NCBI GenBank assembly: GCA_965218435.1
Contig: CBDCKW010000003.1
Location: 1 to 49,774 of the forward strand
Length of the DNA stretch: 49,774 nucleotides
Origin: Truepera sp.
GTDB lineage: Bacteria; Deinococcota; Deinococci; Deinococcales; Trueperaceae
Reading direction: 5' to 3'
Part shown: positions 10,159 through 18,954 of the stretch, piece by piece
Position numbering within the stretch: position 1 is the first letter of the stretch
Layout of the letters: the number at the start of each line of letters is the position of its first letter
Notes under the pieces: generated by a model
Told to the model about the DNA's origin: nothing
The model's database searches: none
The model's input: only the letters and a program-made list of their open reading frames with translations
Made by a program: the position numbers and the translations under genes

Positions 10159-11118
10159 CTAAAATTGTTTCAGGCGTTCACCGAGCACATTTTTCAGGTC
10201 GCTCTCAAGGCTGGTTTCTAGTGAAGGATGAAGAAACAGGTAAGCACTTTGAATATCACGTTCGTGTTGCTTGACCCGGTTGACAAGCGCACTAACGTCA
10301 AGCATATAGTCTTTGACATCTCGGATAGTGTCTTGCAACTTGCCCTCTTTAGCAACGGTCACCACATCTTCGCGCATATCTCCGAGCTTGGCGTTCACGT
10401 CTTCGTTGTACTCCACACGCAGGTAAAGCCTTGGCAGTTGACCAATCTTACTGCGTGAGGTTGCCTCTGAGGGAAGTGCTCTAAGCATAGCGTCGTCTAG
10501 CGTTTGAATATCTTCGGCTTGCAACTCTGTATGTTTAGCGCGGTGGCGCGTCACAATGCCGTAAAAACTGATAAGTGAGTAAAGTACGCGCCAATCTTTG
10601 CCAAAAGTGCCGTAGTCGCCTTTGTCGCCTGAGTCTCGTCCAGCGAAGGTGCTCGAGATAGTCGCAGACGAATTGATTTCGACCCGGTGTAGTGAGTAAC
10701 CCCACGAAAACTGAACGGGTCCGGTAAACGTCAAGGACGAGCCAGACATCGGCATCGTCGCTCCAAAGAGCCGTACGTCGAGCAATTCTCCTAACAACCA
10801 GGTTTTGAACTCCTTATCTTTACTGGCATCTTTTTCTTTTACCTCCCTACCGGAGGCATCTTTATAGGCGCTCAGCAGGTTTTTCATTCTGCCCTTGGCA
10901 TCGGTCGTCGAGCCGTCTACATTGCGTCTAACCCAAATATCACTGGTTTCACTATTTAACCAGTAATCCCGCAGGTAACGCTTCAGGCGCACATCCGAAA
11001 CGAGGTTGCGACCCGTCGCGTCGTCCATGCGTGGTTTGTTCTCCTCGTCGGGGTCGCCGTTGGGGTTAGCGAGCTTCGCGTCGTAAAGATACAAGATGTC
11101 GCTGTCAAAGATACTCAT
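10159..11118 (-). CDS. cas7: Cas7 (Csh2-type, I-B)
   Basis: NPNGDPDEENKPRMD, VSDVRLKRYLRDY, DVRLFG and TGPVQF. Confidence 0.96.
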   Translation of the reverse strand: MSIFDSDILYLYDAKLANPNGDPDEENKPRMDDATGRNLVSDVRLKRYLRDYWLNSETSDIWVRRNVDGSTTDAKGRMKNLLSAYKDASGREVKEKDASKDKEFKTWLLGELLDVRLFGATMPMSGSSLTFTGPVQFSWGYSLHRVEINSSATISSTFAGRDSGDKGDYGTFGKDWRVLYSLISFYGIVTRHRAKHTELQAEDIQTLDDAMLRALPSEATSRSKIGQLPRLYLRVEYNEDVNAKLGDMREDVVTVAKEGKLQDTIRDVKDYMLDVSALVNRVKQHERDIQSAYLFLHPSLETSLESDLKNVLGERLKQF

Positions 11119-11120
11119 GT

Positions 11121-13142
11121 TTACTCTCCTTGGAAACTGGAATCGTCTGCGGCTCCGCGTGGTGCGGACGAAGCACCCGTAATAGCTTGAAGGGTTGAAT
11201 GTGAATAACCGCTGAGGATGTAATAGATATTTTCACTCGGTGTAAGCGTCCAAGAGCCTGCGCCTTCACTGAGCAAGACTTGTGCTTGAGCAAAAATCTT
11301 TTCGTTACGAGCATTAAGCAGAGGTTGGCGTTGACCGTCTCGGTACTGCCTTAGTTTGTCAAAAAGGTCTACCGCAAGCTGTTGCACCTTATTTAAGGTC
11401 ATCCCTTGGTAGTTCAATTTGTTCAATATCGTTTTTTTGCCTCCTCTGCCTTCCGAGCCGAGCCGGTACTGTGAATTGGCAATTTCACCGATGAGAACGC
11501 CTAAAAGATAAAGCGCAGTTTGGTTTTGAGAGTAATGGAGTTTTTCTAGATACTCTCTTTGCTTTTTACTGAGACTTAAATCCTCAAGGTAGTTCAGTGA
11601 CATATCTTTCTCCTTTAGCTGACCCTGCACACGCAAAAATGCTAAGAGTAGGTTGCTTTGGGCGACATAACGGATAAGGGGATAGTCTTCTGCATTTTCT
11701 GAGGGTTGCGAAAGGTGGTAAGCAGCGTAAGTACCGAAACGGTAAACCCTAACCAACTCCATAAAATCTTGGATAAGTTGCCGAGCGTCCACCAAGCCAC
11801 CCGTAATGAGTGTGGCGTAGAACTCGAGTACGTTTCTGCTGTGATAATCTGTGCCACTTTTGCGAACGGGAAGTAGATAGTACATACTTTTGAGAGTTAA
11901 GTTCCACTGTTTGCTCTCTCTAAAAAGGACATCGCCGATACGCGTCTTAATCTTGTCACCTGCACGTCTGAGTTCGGCAAGCCTATACTCAGGAACATCT
12001 TGAATCATACGAACAATCTTGAAGCTGGCCTGAGCGCGTTTATAGAAAAGCAAATCGAGAGAATGACTGTATTCGCCAAAATCGTCGTCGGCGACCTCAC
12101 CTAATTCTTCTTGAATCCCTAAGTTGATGTCGGTGCGTTTTCTGATGTCGCGCGTTTCCTCCACGATATTGATGATGGTCGCAGCTGTCATTTCAGCCTG
12201 GTAAAGGTTAGGAAGGATATAGCCGTTCGTTCCTGCTAAATAGAACCCTAATTCGCGCTCTACGAACCTCTCACCGACAAGCAGCGCAATGTAGGCATCT
12301 TTAGAAATCGTTAGGTTGGACTTGAAACCGCTCGAGTTGACCTCGGAAGCGAACCCAAGCTTGTCGGTAATGTAATACTTGAACTTCAAGCGCGTAAGGT
12401 TGGAAGTGACGGGTACAACTTTACCGCTAAGGTGACAACAACCGACCTCGGCCCCCTCAAAAACATCACCTACATAGACGTTCTCAAGGTAAGTGAGGTA
12501 TTCGTCGTTATCTACGAGGAGTTGCCCGTTAACCGCGAGGGTAAAGAGCATTCTGTCATTACCAAGTTGCTCTTTGAAGTGTTCGGTCAAGGCATCTGCG
12601 ACTAGTTTAGATAAACCCTTGACGCTTCCCTCTTCACGAGCATAGTGCTGTAAACTTTCGACGGTCGGGCCTTCGATACCTAGTTTAGGAAGGTTGAGCA
12701 GTCGCCGTGAGCGCCTATGGGTGATAGCACTATCTGTGCTACCAAGACTTTCTTGCTCGCCAACATCAAGGTAAAATTCACTAACGATGGATGTCAGCAC
12801 GTCGTGAAAGCGCGTATCAACCGTAACAGCTGCAAGAAGGTTTGATAAGGTTTGCGATACCAGATATTGCAGTCCATCTGTAGTCAGACGGTCTTGGTCA
12901 CTCGCAGAACTCGCCGCATTGCCAAGCCACAAAAACTGCTCAACGGTGTTAGTTCCTTCTTGGCTAAGCTCTCTTACCTCGATATCCAGTGTTGACCGGT
13001 CGGTATCAAGTTTCAAAACCGCGATACTTGGATTGCCATTTTTGGGTGTAGGCGGCGCTTTCGCCAACGACTCCAAGAAGGCTCGTTGACCGCTCGAGTT
13101 CTCCATAATGGCTTTGCCGAGTTGGTAAATACTTTCAATCAC
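11121..13142 (-). CDS. cas8b: Cas8b large subunit (TM1802/Csh1-like) with a Cas11-like C-terminus
   Basis: Position between cas6 and cas7; FKYYITDKLGF; C-terminal LYLLGVLIG...ILNKLNYQGM...YYILSGY. Confidence 0.88.
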   Translation of the reverse strand: MIESIYQLGKAIMENSSGQRAFLESLAKAPPTPKNGNPSIAVLKLDTDRSTLDIEVRELSQEGTNTVEQFLWLGNAASSASDQDRLTTDGLQYLVSQTLSNLLAAVTVDTRFHDVLTSIVSEFYLDVGEQESLGSTDSAITHRRSRRLLNLPKLGIEGPTVESLQHYAREEGSVKGLSKLVADALTEHFKEQLGNDRMLFTLAVNGQLLVDNDEYLTYLENVYVGDVFEGAEVGCCHLSGKVVPVTSNLTRLKFKYYITDKLGFASEVNSSGFKSNLTISKDAYIALLVGERFVERELGFYLAGTNGYILPNLYQAEMTAATIINIVEETRDIRKRTDINLGIQEELGEVADDDFGEYSHSLDLLFYKRAQASFKIVRMIQDVPEYRLAELRRAGDKIKTRIGDVLFRESKQWNLTLKSMYYLLPVRKSGTDYHSRNVLEFYATLITGGLVDARQLIQDFMELVRVYRFGTYAAYHLSQPSENAEDYPLIRYVAQSNLLLAFLRVQGQLKEKDMSLNYLEDLSLSKKQREYLEKLHYSQNQTALYLLGVLIGEIANSQYRLGSEGRGGKKTILNKLNYQGMTLNKVQQLAVDLFDKLRQYRDGQRQPLLNARNEKIFAQAQVLLSEGAGSWTLTPSENIYYILSGYSHSTLQAITGASSAPRGAADDSSFQGE

Positions 13143-13903
13143 CTCACCACCTCCACCATCCCAAACCCCTGGGCATTCTTGCCCCCCAGCCCCACGTCAT
13201 ACGCCAGCTCAAAATATGCCTGCGGCAGCTTCAGCTCGTAAGTCCCGAGCCAAGCCTGAACGCTGAACCCCTTATAGCTGATGATTTTCTTGTCCCGTTC
13301 TGAAACCCGGAGCGGTTTAATCGAGGCGTGTGCTAACGTTTTAGCTGCGTCGTCTTCCCACTCCAGAGCTTTGGCTTTACGCGCCAGGTTTTGTAGCAGC
13401 ATCCCGCTCCAGTCTTTTTCCGGCGGGCTGTAGTAGTGCGTGAGCTTACCCCCGCCCGGTTTTTGAAAGGTGCTGTAGATCGTGATCGGTGACAGCGCCT
13501 TGACCCGGACGGGTTGGTCAGCTTGAAAGCAAGGGGGCCGGAGGATTTCGACGCCGTGTACTCGCACCTCATGTTGTCCCAGCCGTAACGTCTGGCTTTT
13601 GAGCAAGTGTTCGGCCAAAGACGCCAAAATCTGAGTGTTGTGGCTGGCCAGCTGAAAGGTAACAGGACCGCTAAAAGAGATACGTTTGGTGTTTGCGTTC
13701 AGCTTAAAGCGTCCGGTAAGGCGTGAAAAGGTAAACATCTTAAAGGTGCGCTGGGCGTAACTGTAAGCGGTGCCGTGAAGCCAACCGGCGAGATTGGGCT
13801 CGAGCTGGCTGTAGATAAACCCTTGCAAAATTATGCCATAGTGAACAGGCAAAGAGAGTTCTGCGCGGGACTCGGGGGTCAAGGTGATCTGGATACGCAA
13901 CAA
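13139..13903 (-). CDS. cas6: Cas6 endoribonuclease
   Basis: FKMFTFSRL and the C-terminal Gly-rich loop GLGGKNAQGFG. Confidence 0.96.
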   Translation of the reverse strand: MLRIQITLTPESRAELSLPVHYGIILQGFIYSQLEPNLAGWLHGTAYSYAQRTFKMFTFSRLTGRFKLNANTKRISFSGPVTFQLASHNTQILASLAEHLLKSQTLRLGQHEVRVHGVEILRPPCFQADQPVRVKALSPITIYSTFQKPGGGKLTHYYSPPEKDWSGMLLQNLARKAKALEWEDDAAKTLAHASIKPLRVSERDKKIISYKGFSVQAWLGTYELKLPQAYFELAYDVGLGGKNAQGFGMVEVVR

Positions 13904-14319
13904 GGCTCCTTTGCCTTTGAAACCGAATTAAAAAAGTATACTTTGGCGCAAAACTAAAGCTTGAGGAAAATTACCCTCAGTAGCCAGCGTATACCTGATC
14001 GGGTAAACATACATCGCCTCTGTCGCCTCAGAACTAAAAGAGGGTGCGGTGCAGTAACCTTGGCTTAACCCGAGGGTCAACCAAATAGCAACCGCCGCTG
14101 GTTTCCTCATTGTCTATCGGTCTTGAGCTGCGTGGACACCCCCGCGCAAGCCTGAGCCTTCTCGGGCTCACAGAGCTACACTCCCTCCGGTCGCTCCGGG
14201 CTTGCACTCGTTGGTCGTTAAGAGCTGTGTCATCCAAAAAAAGAAAATACCCAGCGGTGGTCGCTGGGCACCCTGTTACAGCAGGGTCGGCATTTCGTTT
14301 CTCGGGATAGGAGAAAAAG

Positions 14320-14922
14320 ATGCTTAAGCTCAGTGTATCGCAGTTCGTAGGTCATCTTCCAGTAGAGCAACAAGGTTCAGTGCTCCTGAGTCAGGAGGCG
14401 TTTTTAGCTTTCTTACGGTCGGAGTTTCGGTGTAACGACCGGAGTAAGCGGGCTCTTGTTGAGGCCGCAACCGTCTACGCCGAACGTAAAGGGGTGATGG
14501 TGCACTGTCTGGCTGATGAACGCTTTGCAGCCAAGGCAGTGATCTACGCCTACATGAGGTTGGGCGAGGAACTGGTCAGGCGGGGCAAAGTGGACAAGCC
14601 CAAGTCGCACTTCAAGGTCTACCGGCGCAAGCAGGTTAAACCCGTTGAGAAGCCCGCCAACACTCGCTTCCGTACTGTCGAGACTTTCGTCAATGGCCGC
14701 CGAGAACGCATCACGCAATATCCGGCTGACATCACCTGGGCTGAGGCTAAGAGCTTTCAGTTCGATGCACTTTATGAGTTACCGGATGTCACTGTAGAGC
14801 CTGAGTACCAGGAAACGGGTGAAACCGCTCACTTCGACGCCTCGAGCCGTCCTACGGGGTGGGGCTGGCTCAAAGTCGAGGGTGAAGTGGTTAGCCGTAT
14901 CCGTTGTTGGGAAGGGTCGTGA
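14320..14922 (+). CDS. Hypothetical protein, 200 aa
   Basis: AGGAG ribosome-binding site upstream and an intrinsic terminator downstream; no motif recognised. Confidence 0.7.
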   Translation: MLKLSVSQFVGHLPVEQQGSVLLSQEAFLAFLRSEFRCNDRSKRALVEAATVYAERKGVMVHCLADERFAAKAVIYAYMRLGEELVRRGKVDKPKSHFKVYRRKQVKPVEKPANTRFRTVETFVNGRRERITQYPADITWAEAKSFQFDALYELPDVTVEPEYQETGETAHFDASSRPTGWGWLKVEGEVVSRIRCWEGS

Positions 14923-14942
14923 GGGGCTTCGGCCCCTTTTTT
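14922..14942 (+). terminator. Rho-independent terminator
   Basis: AGGGGC-TTCG-GCCCCT followed by a T run. Confidence 0.85.
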
Positions 14943-14953
14943 GCTGGGTTGCC

Positions 14954-15361
14954 CTAGCGGTTCTCGAGTAGAAAAGCTCGAACTGTCCGCACTCGCAAGG
15001 GTAGGTCGCCCCGTTCCATAAGGTGTCCAAAATGAGTAGTGTCGCCCGTCAGGAGGACGTCGGCCTTGTGTGCAAGCGCCGTTTCGTAGACGGGCCAGTC
15101 TTTTGCCGGTAGTTCGACGTTGGTCACTCCGTCATGTGCCTCGGGCACCTCGGCGACCTGCTCGAGCAGCGAGGCGAACCTCGCTAGCGCTTCGGGCCGC
15201 TTACGGGCGAGGTTGCGTTCGGCCTCCAGGCGGCAGTAACGGCTTGTAAGGAGCATTAGCCGCCCCGCCCCGGCAAGCTCCCACAGGAGAGCAAACGACG
15301 CCCCGCCGAGTGCTGCGCTGAAGAGGATGTTGGCGTCTAGAAATACCTTTATAGGCTCCAT
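14954..15361 (-). CDS. PIN-domain toxin
   Basis: VFLDANILFSA, LPAKDWPV and LLTGD. Confidence 0.9.
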   Translation of the reverse strand: MEPIKVFLDANILFSAALGGASFALLWELAGAGRLMLLTSRYCRLEAERNLARKRPEALARFASLLEQVAEVPEAHDGVTNVELPAKDWPVYETALAHKADVLLTGDTTHFGHLMERGDLPLRVRTVRAFLLENR

Positions 15362-15615
15362 GCCGTTCTAGCTTGCTTGAGTTCGTTCTCGGTCATCTCG
15401 GCATTCTCGGCGAACTCTTCGAGCCGGGCCTCGCTGTAGAGTTCGACTGGCGTAATTTCAACCGCTTCTAGGACAATCTCACCATCTTCGACACGGACAT
15501 TGAAGGCGTCGCCTGTGCGGAGCCCCAAAGCTTTACGCACTTCGGCAGGAAGCGTGAGCTGTCCTCGAGAGGAGAGCTGAACCAGAGGGTATTGCGGTGT
15601 GCGCGTCATCCCCAT
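15349..15615 (-). CDS. AbrB/MazE-family antitoxin
   Basis: SSRGQLTLPAEVRKALGLRTGD; overlaps the PIN start. Confidence 0.9.
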   Translation of the reverse strand: MGMTRTPQYPLVQLSSRGQLTLPAEVRKALGLRTGDAFNVRVEDGEIVLEAVEITPVELYSEARLEEFAENAEMTENELKQARTAWSL

Positions 15616-15661
15616 AATCTAGCAGAAATTCGGAAATACAGACGTCATAAAGCAGAGGAGG

Positions 15662-15697
15662 TAGCACGCGCTTATGCACGTGCAGGAGGAGAAGTAG
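15662..15697. repeat. Leading-region hairpin repeat, copy 1
   Basis: TAGCACGCGC-TTAT-GCACGTGC-AGGAGGAGAAGTAG. Confidence 0.85.
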
Positions 15698-15734
15698 CAG
15701 GAGTGATGCTCCTGACTTTTTCTGGAGGTGCGCT

Positions 15735-16595
15735 ATGCACCACGCCGTTTCAACCCTGTCCGCCCCGCCGCCAACCAAACCCAACCCTGCCATTGAGCGC
15801 CTGCATACCGGCGTCACCGAACTGCTCGACTCGCAGAGGTGGCAAGAGGCGCTGAGGTTTAAGACCCGGTTCCACGACTACTCGTTTAACAACGCCCTCT
15901 TGATCTACTTGCAGCGTCCCGACGCGAGCCTAGTTGCGGGCTATAAACGCTGGCAGGAGCTAGGGCGGCAGGTCAGAAAGGGAGAGACGAGCATCGCCAT
16001 CCTCGCGCCCATCGTGCGCCGTACCGAAGGTGAGGCGGAGGGTGAACGGGTGTGGGAGGTCGTGGGTTTCCGCTCGGCTCGCGTCTTCGACGTCTCGCAG
16101 ACCGACGGTAGCCCCCTACCCGAGCTGCCCCGACCGGTGCTACTGGAGGAGGACAGTGAGGCGGTTCGAGCGGCGCTGGCGAGAGCGGAAACCTTTGCCC
16201 TATCCAAAGGTTTCCCGGTGAGCTATCAAGACCTCCGTGGCGGCGCGCTCGGCTCGTTCTCAGTTACGAGGCGAGTGATAAAGGTGCGGACCGACTTGCC
16301 GCCCTTGCAGACCCTAAAAACGCTCGTACACGAACTCGCTCACGGCCTCATGCACGCCGACCCAAAAGCAGGAGAGAAGCGTCACCGGCTCGAGCTCGAG
16401 GCCGAGTCGTGCGCCTTTCTGGTGCTCTACGACCTCGGACTGGACACCTCGCGCTACACCTTCCCCTACCTGGCGAACTGGACCGAGCACCCGGACGAGC
16501 TGCTCGGGGCGGGTGAGAAGGCGGCCAGGGTCGCCGAGGAGGTGCTGCACACACTCAGGCTGCCTCTCGTAACCGACGCCTTCCCTAGTTCATAG
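15735..16595 (+). CDS. ArdC-like protein (ssDNA-binding N-domain plus HExxH metalloprotease-like domain)
   Basis: FHDYSFNNALLIYLQRP...VAGYKRWQELGRQVRKGE, VFDVSQTDG, TLVHELAH and ELEAES. Confidence 0.85.
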   Translation: MHHAVSTLSAPPPTKPNPAIERLHTGVTELLDSQRWQEALRFKTRFHDYSFNNALLIYLQRPDASLVAGYKRWQELGRQVRKGETSIAILAPIVRRTEGEAEGERVWEVVGFRSARVFDVSQTDGSPLPELPRPVLLEEDSEAVRAALARAETFALSKGFPVSYQDLRGGALGSFSVTRRVIKVRTDLPPLQTLKTLVHELAHGLMHADPKAGEKRHRLELEAESCAFLVLYDLGLDTSRYTFPYLANWTEHPDELLGAGEKAARVAEEVLHTLRLPLVTDAFPSS

Positions 16596-16626
16596 CACGC
16601 GCTCGCGCGTGCGGAGGAGAAGGTAG
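16593..16626. repeat. Leading-region hairpin repeat, copy 2
   Basis: TAGCACGCGC-TC-GCGCGTGC-GGAGGAGAAGGTAG; its TAG is the stop codon of the ArdC-like gene. Confidence 0.85.
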
Positions 16627-16708
16627 AGAGGAGGCTGTCGTTGCCACACTATGTTGGTTGACCCGCTCCGTTGAGAGCGGGGCTTTCACTTTCTTGGAGG
16701 AGATACTG

Positions 16709-18409
16709 ATGACCGTCCAGAGCTATCCACAAACCGCAGTTGCCCTGCCGCTCGCTACCTTGCCCCTTAGTGCCCTTACTCAAAGCGGTCTCAACCCCAG
16801 AACACGCTTCGATGAGGCCGCCATCGCCGAGCTCGCCCAGTCCATCCTCGAGCAAGGCGTGTTGCAAAACCTGGTGGTGCGCCCGCACCCTGAACACGAG
16901 GGCGTGTGGCAGGTGGTCGCCGGGGAGCGGCGCTACCACGCTCTTCAGCATCTTTTGGTCGAGGGGAAAATCGACGAGGTGTACCCGGTGCCCGTCGTGG
17001 TGCGAGAGGTGGACGATCACGAACTCCTGCTCCTAGCCACCGCCGAGAACGTCCAACGCCAGGACATGACCCCGTTGGAGGAGGCCGACGCCTTCGCCAA
17101 GCTCATGGCCCTGGGTGACACCGAAGAGGGCATCGCGCTCAGAACGGGGGTGGCCGTATCGACCGTGAAACTGCGGCTCAAGCTCACCTCGGGCTTGTGT
17201 GCAGACGCTCGTAGGGCGCTTTCAGCCGAGCAGCTGACCCTCTCCCAAGCCCAGGCGCTCCTGCTCGCCTCCAAAGGGTTGCAGAAGGAACTCTTGCCCC
17301 GCATCCTCGAGAGTGACTACGGCCCCAAAGACATCAAACGCCTCCTGACGCAAGACAAGGTGCCGGTGGGCCGTAACGTCTTTCCCTTAAAGGCGTATAC
17401 CGACGCCAAGGGCTCGATCACCCGTGACATCTTCCAGAGCGAGCACCCTGGCTGGTTCGACGACCGGGAACTCTTTATCCGCTTGCAGAACGAGGCCGTT
17501 GAGGAGAAGCTGGCAGCTTATCGGGAGCAAGGACTAGCGGTAGAGGTTACCCGCTACTTCATGCCGTATGGGTACACCGAGGGGGAAGGGGTCGTTATCG
17601 TGCTGAACGACTACGACGTCTCGGTGGAGTTCAAGGAAAGGCTTGTTAGACGCTCGGAGCCGAAACCCACATCGACTTCTACAACTCAAACCGGAGGCGA
17701 GACCAAGCCGAAAGAAAATCGGCGTAGGAACGAGTGGGAGGCCACGACGCTCACAAGGGCGCTCCACGTCGAGGCGGCCAAGGATTTTCGTCTCTGCTTG
17801 GTCCTTAACATCATGGCGCTGCTGAGCGTAAAGGGCTTTGACCTAAGACGCGAGGACGTCAGCGCTGAGCGGGGTCGTGCCAACCGCATCGTTTCAGAAG
17901 AGCTGCGACAAGCCTTTGAGAACGACCTCTCGAGACTGATTGATGGGTTTGAAGGTCCAGGGCTGAACCTTGGGCATTTAAGAGGGAACGAGGAACCCTA
18001 CCCACCGACCCTCGACGCCTACGGGGAGGGCATAGCCCACATCTTCGACACCCTTAGAGACATGAGCGACGAGGACCTACAGGCCCTCTTCTCCAAGCTG
18101 ACTGCCCTTGCCATCTCCCACATGAACAGCGACACGCTCTGGAACACCGAGGTCAAAAAGCTGGTGGCGGGGGCGACAAAGCTCAACGTCGCTGAACACT
18201 TCGACGCCTCAAGCCCTGAGTACCTCGCCTTGCACACCAAAGCCGAGCTGGGAGAACTGGCCCGGAACGCCAGGGTTGCGCTCGACGTCACCACGCTGAA
18301 AAAGCAGACTGCCGTCGAATACCTGAGTCAGCACGAGAAGGTCAGGGCGTTCGTACCCGAGAGGCTGAGGTTTGGGGCGGCTGCTGCCGTACCCGAACAA
18401 GGCAAATAG
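16709..18409 (+). CDS. Long ParB/Srx-domain protein of the plasmid leading-region type
   Basis: NPRTRFD, GVLQNLVVRP, VVAGERRY and AENVQRQDMTPLEEA. GGAGG precedes the ATG at 16709. No adjacent parA. Confidence 0.85.
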   Translation: MTVQSYPQTAVALPLATLPLSALTQSGLNPRTRFDEAAIAELAQSILEQGVLQNLVVRPHPEHEGVWQVVAGERRYHALQHLLVEGKIDEVYPVPVVVREVDDHELLLLATAENVQRQDMTPLEEADAFAKLMALGDTEEGIALRTGVAVSTVKLRLKLTSGLCADARRALSAEQLTLSQAQALLLASKGLQKELLPRILESDYGPKDIKRLLTQDKVPVGRNVFPLKAYTDAKGSITRDIFQSEHPGWFDDRELFIRLQNEAVEEKLAAYREQGLAVEVTRYFMPYGYTEGEGVVIVLNDYDVSVEFKERLVRRSEPKPTSTSTTQTGGETKPKENRRRNEWEATTLTRALHVEAAKDFRLCLVLNIMALLSVKGFDLRREDVSAERGRANRIVSEELRQAFENDLSRLIDGFEGPGLNLGHLRGNEEPYPPTLDAYGEGIAHIFDTLRDMSDEDLQALFSKLTALAISHMNSDTLWNTEVKKLVAGATKLNVAEHFDASSPEYLALHTKAELGELARNARVALDVTTLKKQTAVEYLSQHEKVRAFVPERLRFGAAAAVPEQGK

Positions 18410-18433
18410 CACGCGCTAGCGCACGTGCAGGGG
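18407..18433. repeat. Leading-region hairpin repeat, copy 3
   Basis: TAGCACGCGC-TAGC-GCACGTGC-AGGGG; its TAG is the stop codon of the ParB-like gene. Confidence 0.85.
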
Positions 18434-18536
18434 TGGGGGCAAAAAGGAGGTGGCTTCACCCTCGCCCATAGGAGAGGCCCGCGCTGACTTTACCGGAAAG
18501 CGCGGGCCTCGGTTCTCTCCCCACTCAAGGAGATGT

Positions 18537-18719
18537 ATGACCCAGTTTGCCCGTACCGCCATGAGGTGTCAAGGCGCGCCCTTTAGCAAGACGGAGCTTC
18601 GCCTCGACGTCGAGGTGCTTGCCGAGCGCTACGAAGCACTGGCGGCGCTCTCACCGCTCGAGGACGAACCGCCGGAGGAAGACGATACAGAAGAAGTACT
18701 AGACGACCTTCCCTTTTAA
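18537..18719 (+). CDS. Small acidic protein (60 aa) ending in an SSB-like tail, DDLPF
   Basis: AAGGAG precedes the ATG at 18537; C-terminus is EDEPPEEDDTEEVLDDLPF. Confidence 0.65.
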   Translation: MTQFARTAMRCQGAPFSKTELRLDVEVLAERYEALAALSPLEDEPPEEDDTEEVLDDLPF

Positions 18720-18771
18720 GTCTCTCCAGAGGCCGGGTTATCCCCGGTCTCACACCTCGAAAGGAGATGCG

Positions 18772-18954
18772 ATGGTCCAGCTCACCGCACCCCTGAGCAA
18801 ACGGCAGCTCGTGCTGCTCAGGACCCGTGCGTGTCTCGAGCGCCGCCTATGTGCTCCCACAACCTGCGACTACGGCCTCGCCGCCCGGATTAAAGAGATC
18901 GACCACGAACTCACCCGCATCGAGACGGCCAAACGCCGGGAGGACTCTATATGA
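18772..18954 (+). CDS. Hypothetical protein, 60 aa
   Basis: AAGGAG ribosome-binding site; ATGA overlap with the next ORF. Confidence 0.6.
   Translation: MVQLTAPLSKRQLVLLRTRACLERRLCAPTTCDYGLAARIKEIDHELTRIETAKRREDSI

Noticed and set aside
14101..14225. Possible degenerate CRISPR repeats upstream of cas6 (CreA/CreR-like mini-array)
   Set aside because: Only fragments match (TTCCTCAT, TAAGAGC), the spacing does not fit repeat-spacer-repeat, and TTCCTCAT also occurs near 37641. Small-RNA data could revive the idea.
16709..18409. The ParB-domain gene as the partner of either ParA
   Set aside because: It is far from both parA genes, each of which has its own small partner, and its size and position fit leading-region ParB-like proteins.
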